A stretch of 64,000 bases of DNA from Candidatus Heimdallarchaeota archaeon (lineage in GTDB: Archaea; Asgardarchaeota; Heimdallarchaeia; Heimdallarchaeales; Heimdallarchaeaceae): assembly GCA_019057815.1 (NCBI GenBank), contig JAHLWR010000014.1, positions 32,001-96,000 of the forward strand, written 5' to 3'. The notes under the pieces are model-generated. The model saw nothing but the letters and a program-made list of their open reading frames with translations, had not been told where the DNA came from and did not search any database. Shown piece after piece: positions 9,641 through 18,697 of this stretch. The position numbers and the translations under genes are program-made. Numbering within the stretch: position 1 is the stretch's first letter; the number at the start of each line of letters is the position of its first letter.

Positions 9641-10948
9641 TTAAAACGTTTTAAGAACATCGATTAAGATATTTAATCCTTCATCTATTTCATCTTTCTC
9701 AATATTCAAGGCAGGACGGAAGCGAATCGTCTTCTCTCCACATGCTAAAATCATTAATTGTTTATCCATTGCTTTATTTTGAATATCATCTCTTATTTTT
9801 TTGGAAGGCAGATCAAAAGCTATCATCAAACCTTTACCCCTAGTATTAGAGATAAGTTCAGGAAAGTCAGTCTGAATCTCGAATAGATGATTGAGCATAT
9901 AAGAACCGTTTTTATCAGATTTGTCAACTAAATCTTCTTTTTCTATAATCTCAAGATATTTCTGAGCCCTTACCATATCAACTAAATTTCCACCAAAAGT
10001 GCTATTAATACGACTTGATTCCTCAAAAACGTTATTCTCTACCTCTTTGATTCTATTTGATGCTAGAATCCCACTAACTTGCATTTTCTTACCAAAAGCA
10101 ATGATATCAGGTTTAGCTTTTTCACCAAAGTGTTCATAACACCAGAATTTTCCTGTCATACCGATACCAGTTTGAATCTCGTCATAAATCAACAGAATTT
10201 CTTTTTCATCGGCAATCTTACGTAATTCCTCAAAAAACTCTTTACGTAAGTGATTATCACCACCTTCACTTTGAATGGGTTCAATTAATATCGCAGCAAT
10301 GTCGTTGCCATATTGGTCTATAGACGCATTTATTTGATTCAAACTTTTTTGTTCAGCTTGTTTAACTTCATCTAAGTGTTGCTCAAGTGGGAAGGTTATA
10401 GCAGGAGATAAAACTCTAGGCCAATCAAATTTGGGGAAATATTTAGTTTTTCTTGGATCAAAAGTGTTAGTTAAACTTAATGTGTAACCACTTCGTCCAT
10501 GGAATGCCTGTTCAAAGTGTATAATCTTTGAACCTACTTCTTTTTCGATTCCTTTTTCAAAGTTCTTTCGAACTTTCCAATCAAAAGAGGCTTTCAGAGC
10601 ATTTTCAACAGCTAAAGCTCCACCACTGATTAAAAAGAGATTAGGTAGAAAACTAGGTATACCAATACGACCAAAAGTATCAACAAAATCTGCCATTTCA
10701 TCAGTATAGAAATCTGAACTACTAGGTTTATTAACAGAAACATAAGCAAGTTTGTCCAAAAACTCTTCTGATACCATTTCAGGATGATTAAAACCTATGG
10801 GAGAAGAAGCAAAAAACGAGAAGAAGTCTAAGTATGTTTTGCCACTTTTCTTATCGTATAATCTACAACCCTTGCTTTTCTGTAAATCAAGAATCATTGA
10901 GAAGCCATCAACAAGCATATATTTTTTTAATTTCTCTAAAGCATCCAT
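9641..10948 (-). CDS. lat: L-lysine 6-transaminase (class III PLP aminotransferase)
   Basis: MLVDG start, SGGALAVENALK, AFHGRSGY, DEIQTG, FGKK, SRINSTFGGN. Confidence 0.9.
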   Translation of the reverse strand: MDALEKLKKYMLVDGFSMILDLQKSKGCRLYDKKSGKTYLDFFSFFASSPIGFNHPEMVSEEFLDKLAYVSVNKPSSSDFYTDEMADFVDTFGRIGIPSFLPNLFLISGGALAVENALKASFDWKVRKNFEKGIEKEVGSKIIHFEQAFHGRSGYTLSLTNTFDPRKTKYFPKFDWPRVLSPAITFPLEQHLDEVKQAEQKSLNQINASIDQYGNDIAAILIEPIQSEGGDNHLRKEFFEELRKIADEKEILLIYDEIQTGIGMTGKFWCYEHFGEKAKPDIIAFGKKMQVSGILASNRIKEVENNVFEESSRINSTFGGNLVDMVRAQKYLEIIEKEDLVDKSDKNGSYMLNHLFEIQTDFPELISNTRGKGLMIAFDLPSKKIRDDIQNKAMDKQLMILACGEKTIRFRPALNIEKDEIDEGLNILIDVLKTF

Positions 10949-11145
10949 TTCAAAATCTCCTTTCTTTGAAAGAAAAGATAAAGCCTTTTTAAATTGTACT
11001 CATGCGTCATTAGAAAAGAGAGAAATGTTGTATTATATATTCTTGAGCTCCTTTCTTCTCTTTACAGAACTGATATTATAGTTAGGATAGGTTTGGTAGA
11101 AATTACATTTTATTAGCTGAGAAAGCTCACAGTTTAATTGCAACT

Positions 11146-12768
11146 CTATATTCTTAGAATTTTTCCTTCCAGAACTTCTTGCAGTTTTCCTTTCTCTACA
11201 GTAATCTTACCATTTACGATAACATAATCTATTCCTGTCGAGAATCTATGAGGTTCTTCATATGTAGCTTCATCTTTAACAGTTTCAGGATCGAATATTA
11301 CTATATCCGCCCAGTAGTTTTCTTTTATTAGTCCACGTTCTTCTAAATCCAGTTTCTTCGCTGGGAATCCAGTCATCTTCCAGATTGCTTCTTCTAATGA
11401 CAACCATTTTTCTTCTCTTACAAATTTACCTAGCACTCTTGGGAATGTTCCATAAAATCTAGGATGGGGTTTACCATGACTTAAAGGACCTTCGGGAGAA
11501 ACACCTGAACCATCGGTTGAGACCATACTATATTCACTTGTCATAATCCTTTTGATATCTTCTTCTCCCATACTTTCGATTGTTATCCAAACCGCACCTT
11601 TCTCGTCACTAATTATACTAAAGAGAGTTTCATAATCATCTTTAAGATTTCGTATTTTTGTTATTTCAGCAATGCTTTTTCCTTCAATGTCTAACCATTT
11701 ATCAGTTTTAACCGAAGCAATGAAGATATTCTCAAAACCTTGATGTTTAGCAAAGTTCTCTTGATCTGTTAATCCTTCTTCCATCTCGTTTTTGATTTTC
11801 TCTCTATTCTTTGCATCATCTAATCTTTCAAGTATTGATTCAATTCCACCAACGTGAACCCAAGGAGGGAGAATAGTGATAAGAGAAGTCATACTTCTAT
11901 TGTAGGGGTATTGATCACAAGTTATGTCCAATCCTCTTTGATTTGCTTCATGAATAATCTGTAATGTTTTCTTACTTAATCCCCAATTAGTTATACCTGA
12001 AGCTTTATGGTGAGCAATTTGTCCGCTCTTACAACCTGACGCTTCAACAATACGAATAAACTCTTCTACAGCTTTAACAACTTTTGCACCCTCATCGCGG
12101 ATATGGGAGAAGTATATTCTATTATATTTAGCAACTATCTTAGCGAGTTCAATCACTTCATCTGTCTTAGCATAAACTTGAGGAGAATATATTAAGCCTG
12201 TACTCATACCAAAAGCTCCAGACTGCAAAGCTTCTTCGACATAGGATTGCATTTTAATTAATTCTTCAGAGGTTGGTGGACGATCTTCATAACCTGGTCC
12301 CCCAGCAAGGCGGATAGCGCCAAAACCGACAAAAGGAACAATATTCATAGAACATTTACCTTTCTCCAGTTCTTTCAAATAATCTTCAAAACTCCTCCAA
12401 GACAGATCAATTTCAACACCTGGAGGACTCCACATGTCAACTTCTTTTTTGAAAAGATCAAAGGTTTCGTCACTGATAGGTGCAAGTGAAATACCGCATT
12501 GTCCCACAGCAGCTGTTGTTATACCTTGAGTAATCATGGATTCAAGCTTGTTGCTGATTGGAATATTGCTGTCAGAATGACTGTGAATATCAATAAATCC
12601 TGGAGCAATAATTAACCCTTTTGCATCAATTACTATGGTTGCTTTATCAGAGATTACTTTTTTAATTTTGGTTATTTTTCCTTCTTTAATCGCTAAATCT
12701 GATAAATAGGGAGGATTACCTGTACCATCAACAATTCTTCCATTGTTTATAACAATATCATAAACCAT
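11146..12768 (-). CDS. N-acyl-D-amino-acid deacylase (D-aminoacylase, amidohydrolase family)
   Basis: PGFIDIHSHSD, SHIRDE, HHKASG, DQYPY, PHPRFYGTFPRVL. Confidence 0.9.
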   Translation of the reverse strand: MVYDIVINNGRIVDGTGNPPYLSDLAIKEGKITKIKKVISDKATIVIDAKGLIIAPGFIDIHSHSDSNIPISNKLESMITQGITTAAVGQCGISLAPISDETFDLFKKEVDMWSPPGVEIDLSWRSFEDYLKELEKGKCSMNIVPFVGFGAIRLAGGPGYEDRPPTSEELIKMQSYVEEALQSGAFGMSTGLIYSPQVYAKTDEVIELAKIVAKYNRIYFSHIRDEGAKVVKAVEEFIRIVEASGCKSGQIAHHKASGITNWGLSKKTLQIIHEANQRGLDITCDQYPYNRSMTSLITILPPWVHVGGIESILERLDDAKNREKIKNEMEEGLTDQENFAKHQGFENIFIASVKTDKWLDIEGKSIAEITKIRNLKDDYETLFSIISDEKGAVWITIESMGEEDIKRIMTSEYSMVSTDGSGVSPEGPLSHGKPHPRFYGTFPRVLGKFVREEKWLSLEEAIWKMTGFPAKKLDLEERGLIKENYWADIVIFDPETVKDEATYEEPHRFSTGIDYVIVNGKITVEKGKLQEVLEGKILRI

Positions 12769-12859
12769 TTTACTCGAGTGAATTCACCCAACATCGTTTA
12801 TAACTGTTCCTTCTTCCTTCAGACTAACTAAAATAGAATAACTGGAAATAACAAACATG

Positions 12860-13074
12860 AGTTATTTTCCCCACTTTCCCCAGATTGAAGGGTAGTGGAA
12901 GACAATTTTGAGGACTCTGCCCAACCCAGGAGCGTTTAAGGGAGCATCGCTTAAAGCAGTAGTTTAGGGAGTTTCAAGCTCTGGGATTACACCTCCAACA
13001 CACAGTGTTAGCGGAGGTGAGAGGGTTCATCTCCTCACCGGGACTCATTACTGGAGACAGTGTTATTGAGAACC
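12860..13074 (-). ncRNA. Putative omega-RNA (reRNA) scaffold of the TnpB
   Basis: GC-rich non-coding stretch between the tnpB stop and the right end; hairpins 13044-13070, 12990-13019, 13016-13039, 12925-12985, 12935-12955; position matches TnpB/Fanzor omega-RNAs. Confidence 0.65.
12865..12886 (+). repeat. Right-end inverted repeat TTTTCCCCACTTTCCCCAGATT (two tandem 9-bp motifs)
   Basis: Matches the reverse complement of 14601-14622 at 20/22 positions. Confidence 0.85.
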
Positions 13075-14553
13075 TTAGGCTCTCACTCCAGCTCCGGGGG
13101 TAAGCAGATGACTCTGCTTCGTCTGTAGCCATTGGCTCAAGACAGGGAAGACACGAAAAGAAATGAGTGGAAAAAACTTTCCACTAACTTGGTCTTTAAT
13201 GGAGTTGTATTTTGGTTGCAGAACATATTTTATCAGTCTTTTAGCAATATTCTTCGCCCCATTCAAGTCTGCATTAAGGTTGTACCCACAGGTATGGCAG
13301 ATGAATGTTGGTTGGTTGGGACGGATAGTGTGATAGGATCCACAACGCGAACAATAAGAAGATGTTCCCGATTCACCTATTGCTAGTATCCTGTGCTCCT
13401 CCCATCCTTGTAAAGAGAGCTTGAATTTCAGCAATTCTACCACTCTCCTATAATTCCATTTGTGGACATTTTTACGAGAGTGAGGGTAGAGATTACCCCT
13501 ATAATGACTCTTGCGGATATGAAGGGGGAAGCCTACCACTACATAGAGGTCATATCTCTTGCCAACAGAGAGAATATACTTTACTAACTTGTTGACATAG
13601 GTGTGGTCGGTTAGTTGATGTTCTGTTCTTTGGCGCTTTCTGAGCGATTTAAGTTGGTGGAGAAGACTGTCTCTCTTGTTTACATTCAAACTATGTTTAG
13701 CACTAATTTTCTGCAGTTTAGCGATCTTTCTTTCAGTTTCCTTTAGTAGTTTTTTTCGTGTCTTATCAGACCAGAATCTGATCTCATGACGATTGATAGC
13801 TCCTTTCGGAGTTAACAGTGCACTTACTGCACGCTTGTTGATTCCTAGGTCTATCCCCAGCACAGCTGGAGGACGAGAAGAAGAGTATTTATCTGGAACA
13901 TGAAGCAAGATGAAATGTACCCACCACTCCTTCTTCTTGGGATAGCAGAGCACTTCTAGTGCCTGTAATTTCCCCTGATTTAGGTTATGTTCATGATAAG
14001 GTGAACAAGCTAAAGGTAACCACAATTTCTCGTGTTTGTGAGTGTTGTTCTTCTTTGTATCGAAGGAGTCTCTTATCCCCACCCACCATCGGGCAATGGA
14101 GTTGGAAGGAGAACAAGTAAGAATAAACCTTTTAGCATGTGATAGCTGTGTCCGGGGGATTTTTTTAAGTGTAGGATCTTTAGCAGGCGCTGAGTTATTT
14201 GCTTGTTGACTGTGGTAGATGGCTACAGCGTTCTCTCTACATTCTTGGAACTCATTCTGAGAGCAGCGTGGAAAGCTCTTTTTAAAATCGTGTCTAACTG
14301 TAGGGCGATTGGGTAATTTATTCATCTTGCATGTTGTAAGCGTAAGATGGTCTAGTTTTGCTTTACTCACCTTCTTCTTACCCTTCTTTGTTATTGCTAT
14401 TTGCTCTTCATTGTGGTATATTACTTTGAGGTACTGTTTGATTATTCTCGTGTCTCTCCCCGTAATCTGTTCCAGTCTTTTTCTTTTCCGTGTTGTGATC
14501 ACTTCTGCTTTCACTCTCACTTTTACAGTCGTTCTCACCCCACTTCTCGTCAT
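13075..14553 (-). CDS. tnpB: RNA-guided endonuclease TnpB family, with rearranged (Fanzor-type) RuvC
   Basis: RuvC-I LGIDLG (D235); RuvC-II VVVGFP (G341 in place of E); alternative E394 in IGESGTS; Zn finger CSRC/CHTC; RuvC-III NADLNGAKNI (D429). Confidence 0.9.
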   Translation of the reverse strand: MTRSGVRTTVKVRVKAEVITTRKRKRLEQITGRDTRIIKQYLKVIYHNEEQIAITKKGKKKVSKAKLDHLTLTTCKMNKLPNRPTVRHDFKKSFPRCSQNEFQECRENAVAIYHSQQANNSAPAKDPTLKKIPRTQLSHAKRFILTCSPSNSIARWWVGIRDSFDTKKNNTHKHEKLWLPLACSPYHEHNLNQGKLQALEVLCYPKKKEWWVHFILLHVPDKYSSSRPPAVLGIDLGINKRAVSALLTPKGAINRHEIRFWSDKTRKKLLKETERKIAKLQKISAKHSLNVNKRDSLLHQLKSLRKRQRTEHQLTDHTYVNKLVKYILSVGKRYDLYVVVGFPLHIRKSHYRGNLYPHSRKNVHKWNYRRVVELLKFKLSLQGWEEHRILAIGESGTSSYCSRCGSYHTIRPNQPTFICHTCGYNLNADLNGAKNIAKRLIKYVLQPKYNSIKDQVSGKFFPLISFRVFPVLSQWLQTKQSHLLTPGAGVRA

Positions 14554-14583
14554 TCTAGGATCATTACTTATGTTAGATTTCCC

Positions 14584-14591
14584 TATAAAAA
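14584..14591 (-). promoter_or_regulatory. TATA-like box (TTTTTATA) inside the left end, ~30 nt upstream of the tnpB ATG
   Basis: Sequence and spacing typical of archaeal near-leaderless promoters. Confidence 0.4.
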
Positions 14592-14600
14592 GTTAACTCA

Positions 14601-14622
14601 AATGTGGGGAAAGCGGGGAAAA
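14601..14622 (-). repeat. Left-end inverted repeat of the TnpB element
   Basis: Minus strand reads TTTTCCCCGCTTTCCCCACATT. Confidence 0.85.
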
Positions 14623-14794
14623 TTTACCATGCTTACATTACTATTCAAAAAAAATAAGATGTTTTTAGTTATGCAGAAATAGATGAAAGAGAAGAATAGT
14701 TATCTTCTTTTTTTCAGAAAAAAAGTTAAGCTTATTCCTCCAACTACAATAACTAACCCAGCAATGTAATATAATATGTGTTGGATTTGTTCAA

Positions 14795-15604
14795 TTGCAG
14801 AACAGTAGTGTTCTGGAAAGGGGTTTATTAGGGAGCAAGATATGGATTAAAATGAGTATCATGAAAATTAAACCAGTCCACAAAAGCATTATTTTTGGAA
14901 TAGTAACAGCTTTAATAGCAACTTCATTAGTAGTAGGAGTTTATTTTGGAGTAACTTCTCGTGATAATAATCAGTTATTGCCCCCTTTCGAATGGGATTT
15001 CTCCTCAATAAAGAACCTTTCATTACAAATGAGTGAACGTTCAGAGTATATTTTAGCAACATCCATAGAAACTAACATAAATGACAGTAGTGGTATGTTG
15101 ACTTCTTATTTCAATCATTCAGTTCATTCGATCTATAGTTGGTATAATACTGAAACAGGAGAATGGATGTTGGTAATAAACGATTACCTCAATAACAGTC
15201 TGGATTATGATAAAATTTACAAAATCCAACCAGATATTTTAAGTCCATTTTATCTTGCCCTAAATACAGATCTTCAGACAATACAGAACCAAGTAGACAT
15301 AAGCGAGAATTACTGGGAAGAACTGAGAGCAAAAGAGTCTGCAATCCTCTCTATAACTATAACACATGCTTATCAAGATGGAACAAGGATTGTTATAGTT
15401 GCTTTTGAAAACACTATTTTTGTAAACCTCATAAGTTTTATAGAGTATCATGGTGATTTCGATAATTGGGGTGTAAAAATAGACCCTAAAGCAGAATTTG
15501 AAAATGGTAAGGTTAAGTACGATGTTTTCTACAAGGCAGATATTCCTGAGTTCTTACCAAATTATACAAATGCAACTAATGCGTTTTTAGAACTATTTTA
15601 CTGA
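14795..15604 (+). CDS. Membrane-anchored extracellular hypothetical protein (true start probably 14852 or 14861)
   Basis: N-terminal TM helix IIFGIVTALIATSLVVGVYFG followed by an Asn/Ser-rich domain. Confidence 0.65.
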   Translation: MQNSSVLERGLLGSKIWIKMSIMKIKPVHKSIIFGIVTALIATSLVVGVYFGVTSRDNNQLLPPFEWDFSSIKNLSLQMSERSEYILATSIETNINDSSGMLTSYFNHSVHSIYSWYNTETGEWMLVINDYLNNSLDYDKIYKIQPDILSPFYLALNTDLQTIQNQVDISENYWEELRAKESAILSITITHAYQDGTRIVIVAFENTIFVNLISFIEYHGDFDNWGVKIDPKAEFENGKVKYDVFYKADIPEFLPNYTNATNAFLELFY

Positions 15605-15626
15605 ATTTTCCAAAAAGAGTGATGCA

Positions 15627-16118
15627 ATGAGTAAGCAAACAGAAACCAAATTCGAGCAAATACTTGAAAATCCGATCACACTAAAGCTTTTCATTTTCTT
15701 AAAATCAAAAAATCCTGAAAGTGTAGGAATACGTGAAGTAATGAGAGCAACCAAAATGAAAAGCTCAAGCACAGTAAGTCGGCATCTAGAAACAATGGAT
15801 GAAATCGGGCTAGTTCAAAAACTCCCATCAAATAGATACATTTTGACTTCTAAAGGGTTGTCACTACGAAGTTTCCAAGTACCAGTAAAATTAACCGCAA
15901 ACCTAGTTAAAGGAAACTTTGTCACAATCTCCACCTATCAAATCAGTTTTTTAATAATGATGAGTCTTTCGACATTTATACTAATTTGGTATGATATATT
16001 CCTTGCAGCAATAAATGGATTAGTAGGGCTAATCATTGGATTGTTAATAAGTTTGAAAAATTGGTTCACAATTAAAAAACAAATGAAGACTTATAGAGAT
16101 ATTAATAATGATCATTAG
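15627..16118 (+). CDS. Winged-helix transcription regulator with two C-terminal TM helices
   Basis: VGIREVMRATKMKSSSTVSRHLETMDEIGLV HTH, wing NRYILTSKG, then two hydrophobic segments. Confidence 0.75.
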   Translation: MSKQTETKFEQILENPITLKLFIFLKSKNPESVGIREVMRATKMKSSSTVSRHLETMDEIGLVQKLPSNRYILTSKGLSLRSFQVPVKLTANLVKGNFVTISTYQISFLIMMSLSTFILIWYDIFLAAINGLVGLIIGLLISLKNWFTIKKQMKTYRDINNDH

Positions 16119-16242
16119 AGGTTTTCTGAATATTTTCAATTTTATAACAGATAAAACTTTTATTCCAATATATCTTGCAATGAACGAACATTTGTTTTGA
16201 AGCAGAAAAAAGAGGTTAAAGAAGGAGAGTGTGGAGGAAAAA

Positions 16243-16327
16243 TGCCCAAAAAAAGGTATGAAATGTATAGGCAGCGGAAAGATATCAACCACCTATACAT
16301 TTGTTGGCTAGGGGTTTTCTTTGGGCA
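16243..16327 (-). ncRNA. Candidate structured sRNA
   Basis: Outer stem TGCCCAAA/TTTGGGCA (16243-16250/16320-16327); perfect 11-bp inner stem (16261-16271/16292-16302); TATA-like box ~16349-16356; pyrimidine/T-rich tail on the minus strand. Confidence 0.4.
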
Positions 16328-16458
16328 AAGCAACATTGTTAAGTTTTTAATATATAGTTTCTAGTAGTTTTTTCCGCGATAAAAATACTAAAATATCGGT
16401 TTTCAACTTAATTTTCCAATTCTTTAAATATTTAAAACTGAATCATTTTTAGTGTAAA

Positions 16459-17310
16459 ATGAAAACTAACTCTATTTATGTTGGTTGTACTGGTTTCAAC
16501 TATAACAGCTGGAAATCGAAATTTGGCGGTTTCTATCCTCCTAGAGTAGATAATAAGCATCTTTTAGATTTTTATGTTACTCTGTTCTCTTGCTGTGAAA
16601 TTAATTCCACGTTTTATAACATACCAAAATTAGAAACTACCCAAAGATGGGCAAAATCTTTACCAGAAGAATTTATTATAACTGCAAAACTCCCTAAAAT
16701 AATCTCCCAAGCTGAAAACTTAGCTGCAACTGAAAATGAACTCTTATTTTTTCTGAATGCAATGGAACCTTTGAGAAAAAATCTTGGTCCTTTTATTCTC
16801 CAATGCTACCCGAATTTTGATAAAAACAATTTTTCATTCCAGCATTTAGAAGAATTCCTGGATTTCTATCCCCTAGATAAGTTCGAACTTGCAGTAGAAC
16901 TAAGACATACCTCCTGGTATGATGAAGACACATTTGATCTCCTTAACAAAAAGAATGTTGGAATTGTCAGTTCATACTTGCCTTATCTACCATTCGACCT
17001 TTTTGAAGAAGTAAAAAAGGAATATTGTTACATTCGCTTAATAGGTTCACACAATCAGGAAATTGAACTTGGAAAAGAGGGAGTTAATAGAGAAGAACAT
17101 TATATTGAAATCATTTCTAGATTTACTGAATTAATGAGAAATAAGAAAAAATTTGGTGCTTATGTAATGGTTAATAACCACTATTCAGGTTATGCTCCTC
17201 CTATTGCTAAAAATATTATAGAAAAATTCATCGAATTTGGTTATAAACCTATAGAACCTCTCGTAACAGCTTATAAAGGGCAATCTAATTTATCAGACTT
17301 TTTCTCATGA
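16459..17310 (+). CDS. DUF72 (YecE-like) protein
   Basis: YVGCTGFNY..W, EINSTFY, AVELRHTSW, YIRLIG, NNHYSGYAP. Confidence 0.9.
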   Translation: MKTNSIYVGCTGFNYNSWKSKFGGFYPPRVDNKHLLDFYVTLFSCCEINSTFYNIPKLETTQRWAKSLPEEFIITAKLPKIISQAENLAATENELLFFLNAMEPLRKNLGPFILQCYPNFDKNNFSFQHLEEFLDFYPLDKFELAVELRHTSWYDEDTFDLLNKKNVGIVSSYLPYLPFDLFEEVKKEYCYIRLIGSHNQEIELGKEGVNREEHYIEIISRFTELMRNKKKFGAYVMVNNHYSGYAPPIAKNIIEKFIEFGYKPIEPLVTAYKGQSNLSDFFS

Positions 17311-17491
17311 AAAAGAAAAAACCAAAAAATAGTTTTTATATTTGAATTTTTACATTTTTTTTACTTATTTACTTGAAATATAAACATGAAATCATAGAAA
17401 AGGCAACTATTATGGATAATAATCAAGAAAAACTACTACTTCTTTAAGAATTTTATTACTGTATCTGAAAAACTAATAATATTTAAAAAGA

Positions 17492-17866
17492 TCAACTCGT
17501 GTTAGAATTAAAAAGCTCCTTTACCATCCTTTTTAATTCACTAATTCTTATTGGTTTTCTAATAACGTCTATAGCTCCTGCTTGGAGCATCTGTTGTTGC
17601 AGTTTTCCACCAAAAGCTGATATTCCCAGAATTTGAATTTGGGGGTATCTGTTACTTATTATTTTAGTAGCTTCTGTTCCATCTAAAACAGGCATTTTTA
17701 TATCCATCAAAATTAGGTCTGGTAACCAAGTTTCAACAGTTTCAACAGCAATTTTACCATTTATAGCTGTTTTAATTACATAAGATTTTAATGCAATAGA
17801 GAAAATTGTAATAACGTCCTCATTATCGTCAACTATTAATATCCTCTTATTATTCACAAGAGACAA
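17492..17866 (-). CDS. Single-domain response regulator (CheY-like)
   Basis: ILIVDD, DLILMDIKMPVLDG, ISA, KPI. Confidence 0.9.
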   Translation of the reverse strand: MSLVNNKRILIVDDNEDVITIFSIALKSYVIKTAINGKIAVETVETWLPDLILMDIKMPVLDGTEATKIISNRYPQIQILGISAFGGKLQQQMLQAGAIDVIRKPIRISELKRMVKELFNSNTS

Positions 17867-18076
17867 ACCTTAATCTTAATGGTTAATTTTAGTATCTAGT
17901 ATTATTTAAGCTTGTTGTCAAACTATAGAATAATATAATTCCTTTTTAATAAATGCACATAATATCGATTTTAATAATGAAAAGATATTAATAGAAATGA
18001 GGAAAAAATCATTTGTACAACAAATTTTGTAAGAATTCAAAAATTAAGATTTTCACAACTTAATACAATTCTTTTA

Positions 18077-18610
18077 CTATTTATAAATCTCTAATAACAA
18101 TGTACCTAGTAATTCAAAACACTCCTTCACGTTTAAACCGTAAAGAGCTGAAGTTTCTAGATATAATTCATGAGAAAAATTTACAGAGTCTAGTATTTCT
18201 TTGACCATATTTTCAGTAATTGTTCTCTCTTCTAAATCTGCTTTATTACCTAATATTACAATAGGACTATTTTCAACACTTGATTCTCTGAATTCTTGCA
18301 TCCAATTTGGAATATCTTTCAAAGATTGAATGTTTGTTAAATCAAAAAGCAACAATGCTCCGTAAGCTCCCTCATAGAATTTTGATCTAAATGATTTAAA
18401 TATCTTCTGTCCTGCTATATCAAATATTTGAAAAACTATGGAATTATTCCCGATATTTGTCCCATACGATGTAATATTTACACCTATAGTTGTAATATAT
18501 TGTTCTGGGGAATATCCTTTCGTATAGCGAGTGATAAGAGTTGTCTTTCCTGCTGAACTATTCCCTAGAACCAGAATTTTAAAAATTCTCTTTTTTTCTT
18601 TTTCCATCAC
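18077..18610 (-). CDS. Rab-like small GTPase
   Basis: FKILVLGNSSAGKT (G1), YITTIGV (G2), DIAGQ (G3), GNKADL (G4), ETSA (G5); no C-terminal prenylation Cys. Confidence 0.9.
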   Translation of the reverse strand: MMEKEKKRIFKILVLGNSSAGKTTLITRYTKGYSPEQYITTIGVNITSYGTNIGNNSIVFQIFDIAGQKIFKSFRSKFYEGAYGALLLFDLTNIQSLKDIPNWMQEFRESSVENSPIVILGNKADLEERTITENMVKEILDSVNFSHELYLETSALYGLNVKECFELLGTLLLEIYK

Positions 18611-18697
18611 TTAATTGATGTAAAGGAATTTTTAAACTTTTACTTGTAATTCTAATACAGCTCTCAGTATATACAAATTTAGAGTATGTACTTATTT

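Larger units (their letters stand above)
12856..14631 (-). mobile_element. Non-autonomous TnpB-only element with inverted ends (IS607-like end architecture), flanked by CATG
   Basis: Ends 12865-12886 and 14601-14622 are 20/22 inverted repeats; CATG at 12856-12859 and 14628-14631, each 5 bp outside a repeat; visibly higher GC than flanks; no transposase. Confidence 0.8.
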
